From contig JAYWIR010000031.1 of the NCBI GenBank assembly GCA_036172245.1, positions 1,984,001 through 2,048,000 of the forward strand: a DNA stretch of 64,000 nt. The letters are read 5' to 3'. The position numbers and the translations under genes are program-made. Position 1 is the stretch's first letter. Each line of letters opens with the position of its first letter. The notes under the pieces were generated by a model. That model had not been told where the DNA came from, did no database searches, and was given only the letters and a program-made list of their open reading frames with translations. This stretch comes from Raillietiella orientalis. Its lineage: Eukaryota. Shown piece by piece: positions 50,101 through 61,064 of this stretch.

Positions 50101-53100
50101 ACCTATTCTTGCTGCAGGCCACGAGCTGGGAAGAAGAGTTTGCCGGAAGCGGATTGCCCATCCTTCCGAGCGGAATATTCTTCAGCCGTTTCCGGCAACC
50201 GCTCAAGCAATTTCCGGCGACCAAAAGCACGGGGAACATTCCTATCTTTCAGTGGTTGCCACGAGACGGTGTGCTGGTTCCGCTTGCGGAGCAGGGACTC
50301 AGTTTCCTAGGCACGAAAGGTTCCGAAGCCCCGGCAAGTCCAGTGCTGCCCTCGTCGGTCATCACGAAAAGCACCCGCGACGGCGCGCGCGTACAATCCC
50401 TCCCGGGGCACCGTTCCAGGGAGTACGAAAGGAAGGAGAGAAACGGCGCGACTCTAGCTGCCCTGGCGCGAGTTGCGGAGTCCACCATCCGGTTCCTCTG
50501 CTCGCTAATCGCGACGCCATCTCTCTCGCGCGCGCGTAAGGTGCGACGGCCAGGAAGAGGGCAATGCCGCCACCACCGTTTGTTGCTATTGCTCGCTCCC
50601 AGTCCTCGCTGACGTCACGTTTTGCTCCGCCGCCGTCGGTTTCCCGATCCCCCCCCCCTCCCCGTTTCCTCCTGCCGGACCCTGCTTCCGGGGGCGAGGA
50701 ATCCGGAACCTCTTCGGCGTCGCCTTGCTTTCGGTGCCCCACCGTTCCCTTCCCCACCCTTCCAGCTGGGCAGAAAACGCGCCGCGAGCTTCTCCTTCCG
50801 ACCGCGGGCGGCGCACCGAGCGTCCCTTCCTCGAGGCACTCTCTCCGGCGGCTTCCGAGGGGGTCGCCAGGGCGCTCCCGGGTCTGACTGGGGGCCGGAA
50901 CGCTCCAGCAGGAACGCCTTCCTCCCCCCCTCCCCATCATTGGCTGGCGGTGCGTCGCCATAGTGAAGCGCCGCACAAGCGTGCTCAGCGTTCCGTCGGC
51001 CCTTCCTGGGCTTGAATACAAAAAAAGAAAGAAAGGAAGCAAGAAAAAGGGGGGATGGGAAGCAGGACGATCGACTTCTTCCGGAAGGGGGGAGGGGGGG
51101 AAGCAGGGAAGGATGGAATCGTCCGGGCAAGGCAGCTCCTCTCCGCCTCACTGGCGACGGTTTCCTCCCCTCCGTAGTCGGGATCTCTCGGCAGGAGCGG
51201 GGACTCCCCCGGCAAGGAAGCACGCGATGTCCCCTCTTCGGCAGCGCGTCCGCGGTCGGCGTGCGCACGGTCCCTCGGGCGACGACGACGAGTGCGGCGC
51301 CGCCGTCTCGGCCCTCTCGAAAGGGCGGCCAATCGCCGCGCAGCCCACTGCAAGGGGGGCGAAAGAAGGGCACGTGGCCCTGAAGGGTGCCATTCCCTCC
51401 CGAAGGGCATCTCGGCGGCGGCGCAGAAGAGCAGGAACGGAAAAAAAAGAAATTTTGCCGTTCCTCCCACGCGCGGTCCCGACAACGACCGAGCTCGGGA
51501 AAGCTCTCTGCCCTTGGGCATCGGGCACGCATAGCCACCGTCCCTTGCCGGGCGGTCGGGAAGCCGCCTCCTGAAAGGAAAAGGACACTGCTGCTCCGGG
51601 AGTCCTTGGAAGGTTCCCGAGGCGCGCGGTGGCGGCGTGGCATCTGCCTCGTCGGACCGGGTTGTTGGTCCTGAGGCAAGACGCCTAAGGCCAGCCTTCC
51701 GCTCGGTCGCGGGCTTCCGTCTGTCGACAGGCACCAGGAAGAATAGGCCGGGGCTCCCCCCCCCCGGTCCATCCTCATTCGAGTTAGCGCGCGGGAAACC
51801 TCAGCGACCGGACGCCGGAGATCGAGGAAGACGATCGCTTGCTCGTCGCTGCCGTCCCGAGCGCTGCCGGCGGTCCTCCCAAGCCACTCCCGCCGGAGAC
51901 GGCGCCGACCGTGCGTGCAGGCGCATGTCGCGGGAGGAGTCCCTCCGCATCCGCAACGGCTGCTTCCGGAAGGGGGAAGCGATCGCCAGGAGGCGCGGCG
52001 ACGAGCCGGCAGTCCGGGTCAGGAGGCCTTGACCCAGTGTCGGTGGCCTCCGGTCAGCCCCGTTTCTGGAACACTGTCGAAAGTCCCACAGGACGCTGCG
52101 GTCGACTCCCAATCCCGGACACTCATCTGGGGCATTCGGTTTGAGCCAACACCGGTGCCGCACCCGAATGAATGTAGGCCCACCAGCGTAATCTTGCGGG
52201 AAGAACTCGATCCCACGAGGCACCCATTTCTTTGGCGTCGGAGGCCGTGTGGCTGCTGTGGTCTCCGTGTGGAGCACCACCAAGCGTCGCGGGTTGAAAA
52301 CGAATCCGTCCGAAATGAAACGACTCGACTTCTTCCCGCAAGATGACGCTGGTTGGCCTACATTCATTCGGATGCGGCATTGGTAGCGGTCCGAACCGGA
52401 TGCTCCCGAGGAGGACCAGGACAATGGGAGTCAACCTTCGGGTTCTTCCAGGAATCGACGAGTGGGTTGATCCTTCCGGTTGCTCAAAGGAGCGGACCTC
52501 CCATCCCAGGGAGATCCTCCGCGTCGTACTGATGGAGTCGGTGTGTCGCCACCTCTCCAGAGAGCGCAGAGAAGCGAGCCGATCCCTTCGGGGAGCGACC
52601 CTCCAGAGAAGCGTCCCTTCGATGCTCCCTTCAGAGGAGGAGTAAACAGGAGCAGCTCCCTTCCCCGGAGGGTCCCTTTGGAGAAGAAATTCCTAATAGC
52701 TGATCCTTTCCTGGTTCCTTTCGGAGAAGAAAAAATGGAGCGGACCTTTCTGGGGTTCCTCCAGAGAGAATAAGGAAGGAGATTTCTCTTCGGGGTTCCC
52801 TTCAGAGACAACTAGGGTGGAAGTGATGTCCATTCCGGGGATCCCTCTCACTTTGTTTAGCCTTCTCCTAAGCACTCATAGGGATGGCAGCCGTTCCCAT
52901 CATGCTGTAGATTGCTAATCGTCGGATGCGACTGTACCTCTTCATTACAGATTGAAAATAACGATTCTCGTACTGAATTCCAGTTTCTCGTGTCATATTG
53001 GTAGCCATCTTCTGAAACAGATATCATTTGGGTGATGCGGATTGTATTCGGGCTTCATGCCATGGAAACCATTGTTTCAATTAGAGAAGTAAATCTTTAA

Positions 53101-54200
53101 ACCGAAAAGAGTTTTGTGGTGCTCTTACTTTGTTTTGCTTTCTACCTCGTTCGGAAATGGGTGAACGTGTGCGTGGTGAAGGAGGAAGCAGCCACGGCAA
53201 ATGCCGCTTGCCCCTACGAATTCCCCACAGAAACTCCGGAAGAAGCCAGGCGGAAGGACGGACACAGTGGTCTGCGTCCTAGGCGACAGAGGAGCACCAG
53301 CATCCCTCAAGGCGGTCGTCCTGGTCCTCTAAGAGAACCGTGGGAGTGCACCAGGAAGGGAACGGGTTTCTCCAGCGCGCTCCTCCCCACGGAGATGCAC
53401 TGGGAGCTCAGGGTGGACTGCCGCCCGAGATGTGACCGAGATCTCGAGAGGAGGGCAGTCAGACGGTGAAGACAGTCCAACATCTCCTTATCATCGGTGG
53501 CCGCACCCGGCAAGTCACGTGTGAAGGATGAATGCATCCTTCAGCGCCCTCCTGCTCTCTGCCGGTGCCCTCCCGACAGGGGAATCACGCGTCCAGCATG
53601 CCCTCCTTTTCTCAAAGCGAGGAGTCGGGCCACAACGCCAATGGGTGTCCCTCGGCCGCTGTCTCCTCCTCCTTGGCGATTCTTTGGCCCGTCGGCGCTT
53701 TCCCGCGACGCGCGCGGGGATACAGGGGCTTCCCCGTCCGCCGCTAGAAGGCAGTACGTGTGCCTTCCCGGGAGGGAGCAAAGCAGGGAGTGCGCGCAGC
53801 CGTCACCCCAAGGTGCCACGCGACGGGGAAGGATCTGTTCCAGGAGCATCCGGGGTGGCTGGAGAGCACCCGCCAAGGGCGGTCCCGTCTCCGGCAGGAG
53901 TGGCTTGGGAGGACCCCCGGCAGCACTCGGGATGGCAGCGACGAGCAAGCGATCGTCTTCCTCGGTCTCCGGAGAGCGCGGTGTCGGGGTGGCCAGTTCC
54001 GAAGACTCCCTCCGGGAAGGACAGTGGCTCTGGGCGGCGCAGCAACGGGGAAGACTTCCGTGGGAGATCCATGGTCTCCGCCGGCCGGCGTCCCCACCCG
54101 TCTGCGCCCTCGTTCTTCCCGTGGGCAGGGGATGATCCTTTCGTTCAAGTTGAGTGGGGATCCTCTCTGCCCACTTGACCGGAGATGGACCGAAGGACGG
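47200..54200. repeat. GC/CpG-rich mosaic of reshuffled repeat modules (probable retroelement 5' UTR/ORF1 debris)
   Basis: Internal homologies: 49711-49890 ~ 54008-54154; 49903-50015 ~ 53655-53768; 51814-51902 ~ reverse complement of 53885-53972; 52300-52820 ~ 34780-35300. Confidence 0.7.
52129..52407. repeat. Long inverted repeat (82/83-bp arms, 114-bp spacer)
   Basis: 52129-52210 pairs with 52325-52407; the 55-nt core (52156-52210) has 4 mismatches. Confidence 0.9.
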
Positions 54201-54439
54201 TCTTGGGGGTCAGGGGGTGGTAGTTGGGTGCCGCGGGCAATCGCGAGCTCTGGACTCACGCGCGGTCATGCGACGGCAAGTGATCGTGGGCTTCTGGGGC
54301 TCGAGGCTAGAAAACCCTGAGGAGGAGGTGGGGGAGTGAGGCTGCAGCCACGAGGGGAGCGGGGAGGGCAGCCTTGTTAGGTCGTCTCTTGTCTTCACGG
54401 AATCACGGTGGCCTGGAACGCGGAAAGAAGAGGCCAGAA

Positions 54440-54715
54440 TGGCAGGGATGCCATCCACTAGGTGTGGATCTTCCTGAGGACCGTCTCGAGATGGCCCCAC
54501 CTGGGCCCTATCCGGACAGAACTTGAAAGCATCCTGAACAGGATGCAGGAGACTGCTGGCAGTCTACCGTGATCCCTTCCTCAGTTCCTCCCCTCCCAGT
54601 GTATAAATCCTCATCCTCTGTTTGGTTTGTTTACTTTTTTTGGCTTTTCTTTTCCCTTCCCCCACGCTGCCCGAGCGGACCTTGCCGGTCTGCGTACCGC
54701 TCTTCGGCAGGTTCA
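54440..54715 (+). mobile_element. L1/Tx1-like LINE copy F (ORF end and proximal 3' UTR)
   Basis: RWPHLGPIRTELESILNRMQE..., GTGATCCCTTCC (54569), T-rich tract and CCGGTCTGCGTACC. Confidence 0.72.
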
Positions 54716-57324
54716 TTGCTCATGGTAGAGCCAACGGTTCTACCAGAAACATGTGTTTTCATTACTTAACGTAATGAATGCCCCAGCATAACCAGGTGAT
54801 AATCATCCTGAAGGACCAGGATTGTTCTGTAGGATGGTTCCTACAGAACAATCCTGGTCCTTCAGGAGACGCACCTTGTCGGAAGCAAAGTTCCGCTTCT
54901 GAGAGCGTTTTACCGACCGGATCGGAATCCACTGAACAAAAAAAATGGGGGGGGGGGGGACGAAGATGGCGGCTGCTTGTCGCGAATGGATTTCCTTTGG
55001 ATTTTGGATTCGCTGGAGAAGGTGCCGAGCCTAATGCGACCCTGGTCATCATCCCCTCGATGACGTGACTCCGTAAGTGCAAGTTCTTCATGTCATTGTT
55101 TGGGAACCATTCTAAAACTAATTAAGAAAGAAGGGAGAAGGGACTCCTTGTCTCTCTTACTCCCAGGAGTATAAGAAAACTCGTTAAGGCTTTCATCTCC
55201 CTTGATCGAGTGCTTCGTGCTTCGGATCGGGTGCCCACCGGAAGTCCTTCTCGCAGGTCCAGGGAATGCCTCGTGCTTTGAGCTTTTGCTTGCCCAAGGT
55301 TTTGGGTGTATCGAAGAGCACGTTTTGTGTCGCTCCTCAACACGTGTTCTTCTGTGCACCAGAAGAAGGTATAGGGAGTGAAACCTGTCCCTCCTTTCAA
55401 GTGATGAAGGGAGAGAGAGATTTTTTGTGTGAGCGCTGTTGGAACCAGCAGCTCTTGGCACAGCACAAACTTGACACGTAGCTCGGTTTCTTCACCTTTG
55501 CGGGGCCGTAAGGTTTTTTTTCTTACTTAAAATTACATCGGAAATGAAGTCATCGATGCGCCGACGGTCAGACCAAGGCCAGAGAAAAACGTTGCGAGTT
55601 GGTGAGCCACATCAAAAAAGTTACTCTGAAACACTGGGACCTGGCATCCTCCAATGGACCCACCCTGTGGATCTAACGACATCTAACGTAAATTTCCATT
55701 TCAGTGGTGTGGGATGGAGGAATCCAGCGCTTGCCAGCAGCTGGTGTGTGATTCCCTTTACGCTGGACCCTGCCGGGTTCCTACCGCACCCGCAGCCGGG
55801 TAGACCCTGAGAAGCAGCTAAGATGGTTCTTCTGGAGCAGCTGGACAGTTTCAGACCCGACCGCCATCGCAACTGCAGCCCTGCACCGCATCTTCGGCAT
55901 GTGGCAAGCACTGCACCAGCGTTGCGAAAGCCGATCCTCCAATAGACCCATCCTGTGAATGGGCATCGAACGTAAAGTCCCATTCCTCCAAGAGAGGATT
56001 TCTTTCCTGAGCATTCGGAGATCCGACAATCATTTGATTCGAAATCACCCTATGATCAGATCACTTATGGTGAGTTTTGTTTTTTTGAAAAAGGGAAGCA
56101 AGGATGCTGACAGTTGTGCGTCTTCCCTTGCGTTCAGTAAGAAAGGAAAGATGGCAGGAATCGTTCGCAGCCTTGACTTTTCCACTGGGAAAGAATGATG
56201 GAAAAGAAAAATCGAGTAAGGCTAGCAATACAGTTGACGTCCAAGGATCAACCGTAAGAAAAAGATCTCAAGACTTCACGGGACATTTGCTGAATGAAAG
56301 AAGAGCAACCTACAGATGACCGCTGCTACCGCATTACAAGACGGAATACAGAAATAATCGTCACAACGAAAAGTCCCTGCTCGAAGAGGGAACAGGAAGC
56401 TTCCAGAAGCCAGTGTCGAAAACTGCAGCGAGAGAAATTTCAGCGCCACTGCCACTGGATCATGACCGATCCCTATTTCGAATTCCCCGAAAAAACTGCG
56501 TTTCGAAATGTTCCTAAACTGAGCACGAGAAATGGTAGATATCCTGAAGATACAAATGCGATGGTATGAAAGAGTGCGACACCTGAAGCTCTAGCAAATT
56601 ATCAGTACAGTCCTGCAGATAATTTTTCGAAATGTATCTCATCGTGTGAAAGAGCTAATGGATCCACGAAGCACCGAACGCATTAATTATGGAACTGTTC
56701 TCACACAGATTGCCAGATATCTTTGAGGTTCATTACGATTCATATGTGTGTTGTAGCCTTTTTAAGAGAAAATTGCTCTTTAGTTAGTGTGTGTTGTCAT
56801 CTTGGAATGCCCGGTTCACGCACCGTTGATAGAGGCAGTTTTCTCCTTTCCCATAAGGTTGAAGCACCGAAGGGAAAATTCTTCGGACTTCAACCTTCTA
56901 ATCGCAATGAGATCCATACCGAGCAATCGGCGTATGCCCTGGACGACGGCTACGAAACATATTTGGGGTGTTCCGTGGAATCAAAATCCCTTTCCTGATA
57001 AGCAAATAAGATGATACAGCAACAACAACAAAAAAGAACTATTTCTGAAAGCTGTATGGGGATAGTAAGGCTATCAAGAATGATAAAATCCTGAATTTGG
57101 GGTCAACTCTAACCCGGACATGATAAGCAGTCCTCAGGGACGACCAATTCCTGTTATTTCATCACAGTGGACCGAATGGAATGAAAACGAGAAAACACGG
57201 AATTAACACATTGGTTTCCTGAAAGGATATTTACCATTTCAAAAGTAAAAGCAGGAGGAAAAGTTATTTGCGGCCATGCTAATTATCAAGTGTGACCTTA
57301 GAGAGAGATATGGTACAAGAGGAA

Positions 57325-57642
57325 TTGATTGTAGGTAATTATTCTTGTGGTTGTATATTTATTTAGTATTAGGAGATGTATTGAGTAGTAGTTGGTTATA
57401 TTGATCTGAGATTGAGAAAGCGTTTAGATTTATTATGGTTGGTGTAGGAGATTGGGGGTGGTAAATGTTGGAGTGTATGATTTGTTAGGAAATTTTAATT
57501 TTAAATGTTAGTTGAGAGGGGTTTAGGTGGGTAGTGGTAATCTTTGTGTTGTAGTAATAATTGAGATTGTAAGGGTTAGGTTTGTTTGAGTAGTAAGTTG
57601 GATTAGTTATTTTTATGGAGTAATAGAAATTTGTTTATTTAA
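57325..57642. other. Extremely C-depleted G/T-rich segment (Penelope-like remnant or NUMT)
   Basis: Only a handful of C residues in ~320 nt of the + strand, with sharp edges. The minus strand reads PTIINLNAFSISDQYNQLLL. Confidence 0.5.
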
Positions 57643-59308
57643 TTCCTCACTGAACAAGAAACTGGACAAAGTAAACAGCATGATGCCTGAGATGAGTTAC
57701 TCTGTGCTGATAATATTAGCGAACTACGTATTAGCATAAAGTGTTTCGTTCATCAGTGCAAATGAATTATTTCACCCTCATACATCCCTCTTAATAGAAG
57801 AATAAAACCCCGTGAATGTCACTCTCACTTAAAGCTGTAAACAGCACCCGGATCTTAAATCGCGACATTTTTCGAGGAAGACTGGAAAATTTTGATGAGG
57901 CATATCAAGCACTTTGAATGCCAAACCCAAAATTGTGGAGTACCCTCAGAAGCAGTTTCCATTCAAAAAGATGAGGGAATCGGAAACGATTTTTCCTCAT
58001 ATCCTCAACAGTGCTGCCTTCATTGAATGTTGAGAAAATGTCAAGATTTAAGAGAAAAAAAAAAAAAAAATTGCCAAGCCAACTCGTGCGTCACAGTTGG
58101 CTGCATAAGGCAGAAAATCCAGAATCCCTACTTCAGAGTGCACACTTTCCTCAAAGAATTTCATCACAGCAGCAAACTTACAAATGCAATAACTCTTAAC
58201 ATTAAGTTCTTTTCGTGAAATCGTTTTCGATTCGATGTATCAATAAGCACGTAATTAAGCAGTGTGATTAGATGTTCATTATTTGACGGATAATATTTGC
58301 AACTGTAATCTGTATTTGTCCACGTTGTGCATCTGCAATTTCATGAATAAAGAGTACTTCGAGTTTTCCCACCTTCAAAATTTCTGTAAACAATCATCAG
58401 TAAAAAACCAAACAAGGAAATAGTGATGAGAGATGCTTAGAAAGCAACACTTTTCGGAGCACTTCATAATCAACGTTTTGAATTTGGTTGTTCTTTTTAC
58501 AGCAACGCTTCCTGTTTATTTAAAATCCAAGACAATATGTTTCATTTACAGAAAATAAGAATAATAGTACGAATCGAAAATTGTATACAAAATTTTGAGA
58601 AAGTAATGCCGTGAAATGCGACACATTAACAGCGCCAAAGACTAATACAACTACTATCGCTAGATTGCATCAAATTTGATTGCAGTGAGTACAATCGAGA
58701 TCTGCATCATGTAAAGTACATGTTGCTTCTTTGGAATAGATATCCCGTTGATGTGAGAGTCTATAATTTGTATAACTAGAACTCTGCAAATGATATATAT
58801 ATATTATGGAATATATGTTAATAGGATATGTATATTGCTCATTCTGTAGTGAATAACTTTGTTTTCTTCTTGATGGTTGATTGTTATCTTGGGTAATTCC
58901 TGTTAAATTCTCAATTACCATATGTGATCAATGTCAGTGTAACGTGTTTTTGGAAAATGGTAATTTAATGAGGTAATTTAAATCTATTACTTTATGACTT
59001 TCTGAAAGCATTAGGATTACTGACACTTTTGAACGCGATTCTCAGTGACACTTTGCACAATATACTGACTATATGACAATTCTAAATTTACGATGCAATA
59101 AATTTCTGTCAGCAAATCTTAAGTGTTGCATTATTCTTTTTATAAATAATTCAAGTTCAAGAGGTAATTCTTGGTATTCCTGCATGGTATCAATCAATAT
59201 TTCAGGTGTCACGTAAAGGTGCAGTATGTGTTAATGCTTGATTAGAAGTTTACGGAAAATGTGATCCTCATTGCCTAGTAGAATTACACGTTCAAAAATT
59301 TTATCACA

Positions 59309-59503
59309 ATGAAACAAATGAGTGAAGCTCAAGAAAAATTTTTAACTGCCATATCGAGTGGCAACGAAGAAGTTATCCATACGTTGATATCTTTACCAGA
59401 AATCCAAGACAATATTGATTTCGTTGATGATCATGGTATGTCTCCATTACAACATGCAGCCTATAAAGGAAACCATAATTTATGCAGAACATTAATAAAT
59501 CTG
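59309..59503 (+). CDS. ANKMY2: Ankyrin repeat and MYND domain protein 2 (ANKMY2/DAF-25-like), exon 1
   Basis: MKQMSEAQEKFLTAISSGN...DDHGMSPLQHAAYKGNHNLCRTLINL ankyrin motif; donor CTG|gtttgt at 59503/59504 (phase 0). Confidence 0.92.
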
Positions 59504-59972
59504 GTTTGTATAATACATTCTTTCACATCTCAGAGAAGCATCCATATTATGTCAAATTTCTGTTGTATTAGTTTCCAAATGAATCAGTAATCTATTACAT
59601 CACCCACGGCATGGCCTTGGACAAACTGAGCTGCATGAACCTCATAAAAGCTTCTTTTCTGTTGAGAGCACAAACAGTCATCAGTTGAGACATTTGTTTC
59701 CTCTTCTGGCCCTATGGTTGTAAACCATAAAAAAAAAATAGCTTTGCATGTTTTTCCTAACTTGTTAAAACTGTTGGTTAAATGTGATCTTTCTAGCACC
59801 ATGTCTGTGACTGAAAGTTGCTTCATTCCATAGAATAACTTACTGTATCAAAGTTTGTTGTTTACACTAGAATCCTGTTATTGATAATACCATAATCCAG
59901 CTTTCCCTGGTGCTTTGTAAGAACCTTTATAAAAGTGTAAACGAATTTATTATTAATTGCTAATGCTTTTAG

Positions 59973-60138
59973 GGAGCAGATCCAAATCTCCAAAAACATT
60001 ATCATGGTTATAAGTCTCTTCACTTTGCTGCACTATCTGGGCAGCCTAAAGTGTGTTTGCTGCTACTAGATAATGGTGCTAACCCTGAAGCTACCAACAA
60101 TATCAGCAAAACAGCTGCTCAGCTAGCTTCTTTCACAG
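59973..60138 (+). CDS. ANKMY2: ANKMY2-like exon 2 (ankyrin repeats); missing from the supplied ORF track
   Basis: Acceptor ttttag|GGA. Reads GADPNLQKHYHGYKSLHFAALSGQPKVCLLLLDNGANPEATNNISKTAAQLASFT. Donor G|gtgttt at 60138/60139. Confidence 0.93.
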
Positions 60139-60187
60139 GTGTTTTAATATCTTTATCACATTATATGTTAACTCTTATGTTTGAAAG

Positions 60188-60327
60188 GTTCTCCTGATTG
60201 TGCAGCCATTATAAATAATTACGTTTCTCTACAAGATCTACAAGAGTGCTACAAGGCAGTTGCCAGAAGCTCAGATCATATTGCTTCATCTTCATGCATT
60301 CTTTTGCTTCATCAGTTGTTACAGCAG
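60188..60327 (+). CDS. ANKMY2: ANKMY2-like exon 3
   Basis: Follows a 49-nt intron ending gaaag. Reads (G)SPDCAAIINNYVSLQDLQECY...LLHQLLQQ, matching the ANKMY2 GxxDCxxIINN motif. Donor CAG|gtaata at 60327/60328. Confidence 0.88.
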
Positions 60328-60374
60328 GTAATAAAACCATCGCTCTTGTGTCATGTTAGCACACACTCTTGTAG

Positions 60375-60950
60375 CTCAATCTACATCCAGTTGCTATTCT
60401 GCAATATGTAGCTAAGCATCCCAGTTTGTTGGAAAAATGTGACCTCGTAAGTTCCATATTAGATAAGTTAAGCACACAAGAAATGATTGAGAAATGGCCT
60501 GATGGTAATGAACCACTGGCTCTTAAGCTCCATTACATTAGCTATTTGCTGAAAAGCTTTAAGAAGGAACAAGAAAAGGAAAAAGGTGGCAAATCATTCC
60601 TGAAACGCCTGCTGTGTACAGGATCAACAAATGGGGTTTTGAAATATCAGAATCAGTTTTTCCGCCAAGTCTTGTGCAGCTTCCCGCATCAGCACAGTCC
60701 ATTATTAAAGCAAATACTTTTGCAACTTTCTAAAGAATATGAATCAGAAGGGCCAGTTTTCAATCTCATTGTGTCAGCAATCAATGGACAGCGATCCATG
60801 TCAGACAAGGAATGCTGCAGAGCCTGTAATAACACAGATTCTTTAAAGCGATGTTCCCGTTGCCACTCCGCAATGTACTGCAGTCCAGAATGTCAAAAAC
60901 TGCATTGGTTCGAACACAAACAGGAGTGTACAGAGCCTCTGAAACACTAA
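60375..60950 (+). CDS. ANKMY2: ANKMY2-like exon 4 with MYND zinc finger (spliced protein 358 aa)
   Basis: Follows a 47-nt intron ending ttgtag. Reads LNLHPVAIL...NEPLALKLHYI...AINGQR...CRACNNTDSLKRCSRCHSAMYCSPECQKLHWFEHKQEC. TAA at 60948-60950. Confidence 0.93.
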   Translation, partial: LNLHPVAILQYVAKHPSLLEKCDLVSSILDKLSTQEMIEKWPDGNEPLALKLHYISYLLKSFKKEQEKEKGGKSFLKRLLCTGSTNGVLKYQNQFFRQVLCSFPHQHSPLLKQILLQLSKEYESEGPVFNLIVSAINGQRSMSDKECCRACNNTDSLKRCSRCHSAMYCSPECQKLHWFEHKQECTEPLKH

Positions 60951-61058
60951 CTTTGCTTTGGTACATACTGTTTACGAAGTTGCACCGAAACCTTACCAGC
61001 ACTAAAAGGATTCATGTGATTTCATCGGTGTTTGCACCCGTACTTTTATCTGTTCAGA

Positions 61059-61064
61059 AATAAA
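61059..61064 (+). terminator. Polyadenylation signal AATAAA for ANKMY2
   Basis: Canonical hexamer about 110 nt after the stop codon. Confidence 0.55.

Noticed and set aside
46900..51778. Long overlapping ORFs (364, 320, 358, 387 aa) in GC-rich DNA
   Set aside because: R/P/G/S-rich, open in several frames because stop codons are rare at high GC; no domains.
57225..57250. GGATATTTACCATTTCAAAAG resembling a clade I nematode spliced leader
   Set aside because: No AG|GT donor in the expected register and no clear Sm-binding site downstream.
57744..57760. CTGATGA..GAAAC hammerhead-like core on the minus strand (also CTGAAGA..GAAA near 56544)
   Set aside because: No room for, or no correct pairing of, stem II; stems I and III not found.
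58887..58899. 11-nt match (AATTACCCAAG, minus strand) to nematode SL1
   Set aside because: Too short; the flanks do not continue the leader or give a donor site.
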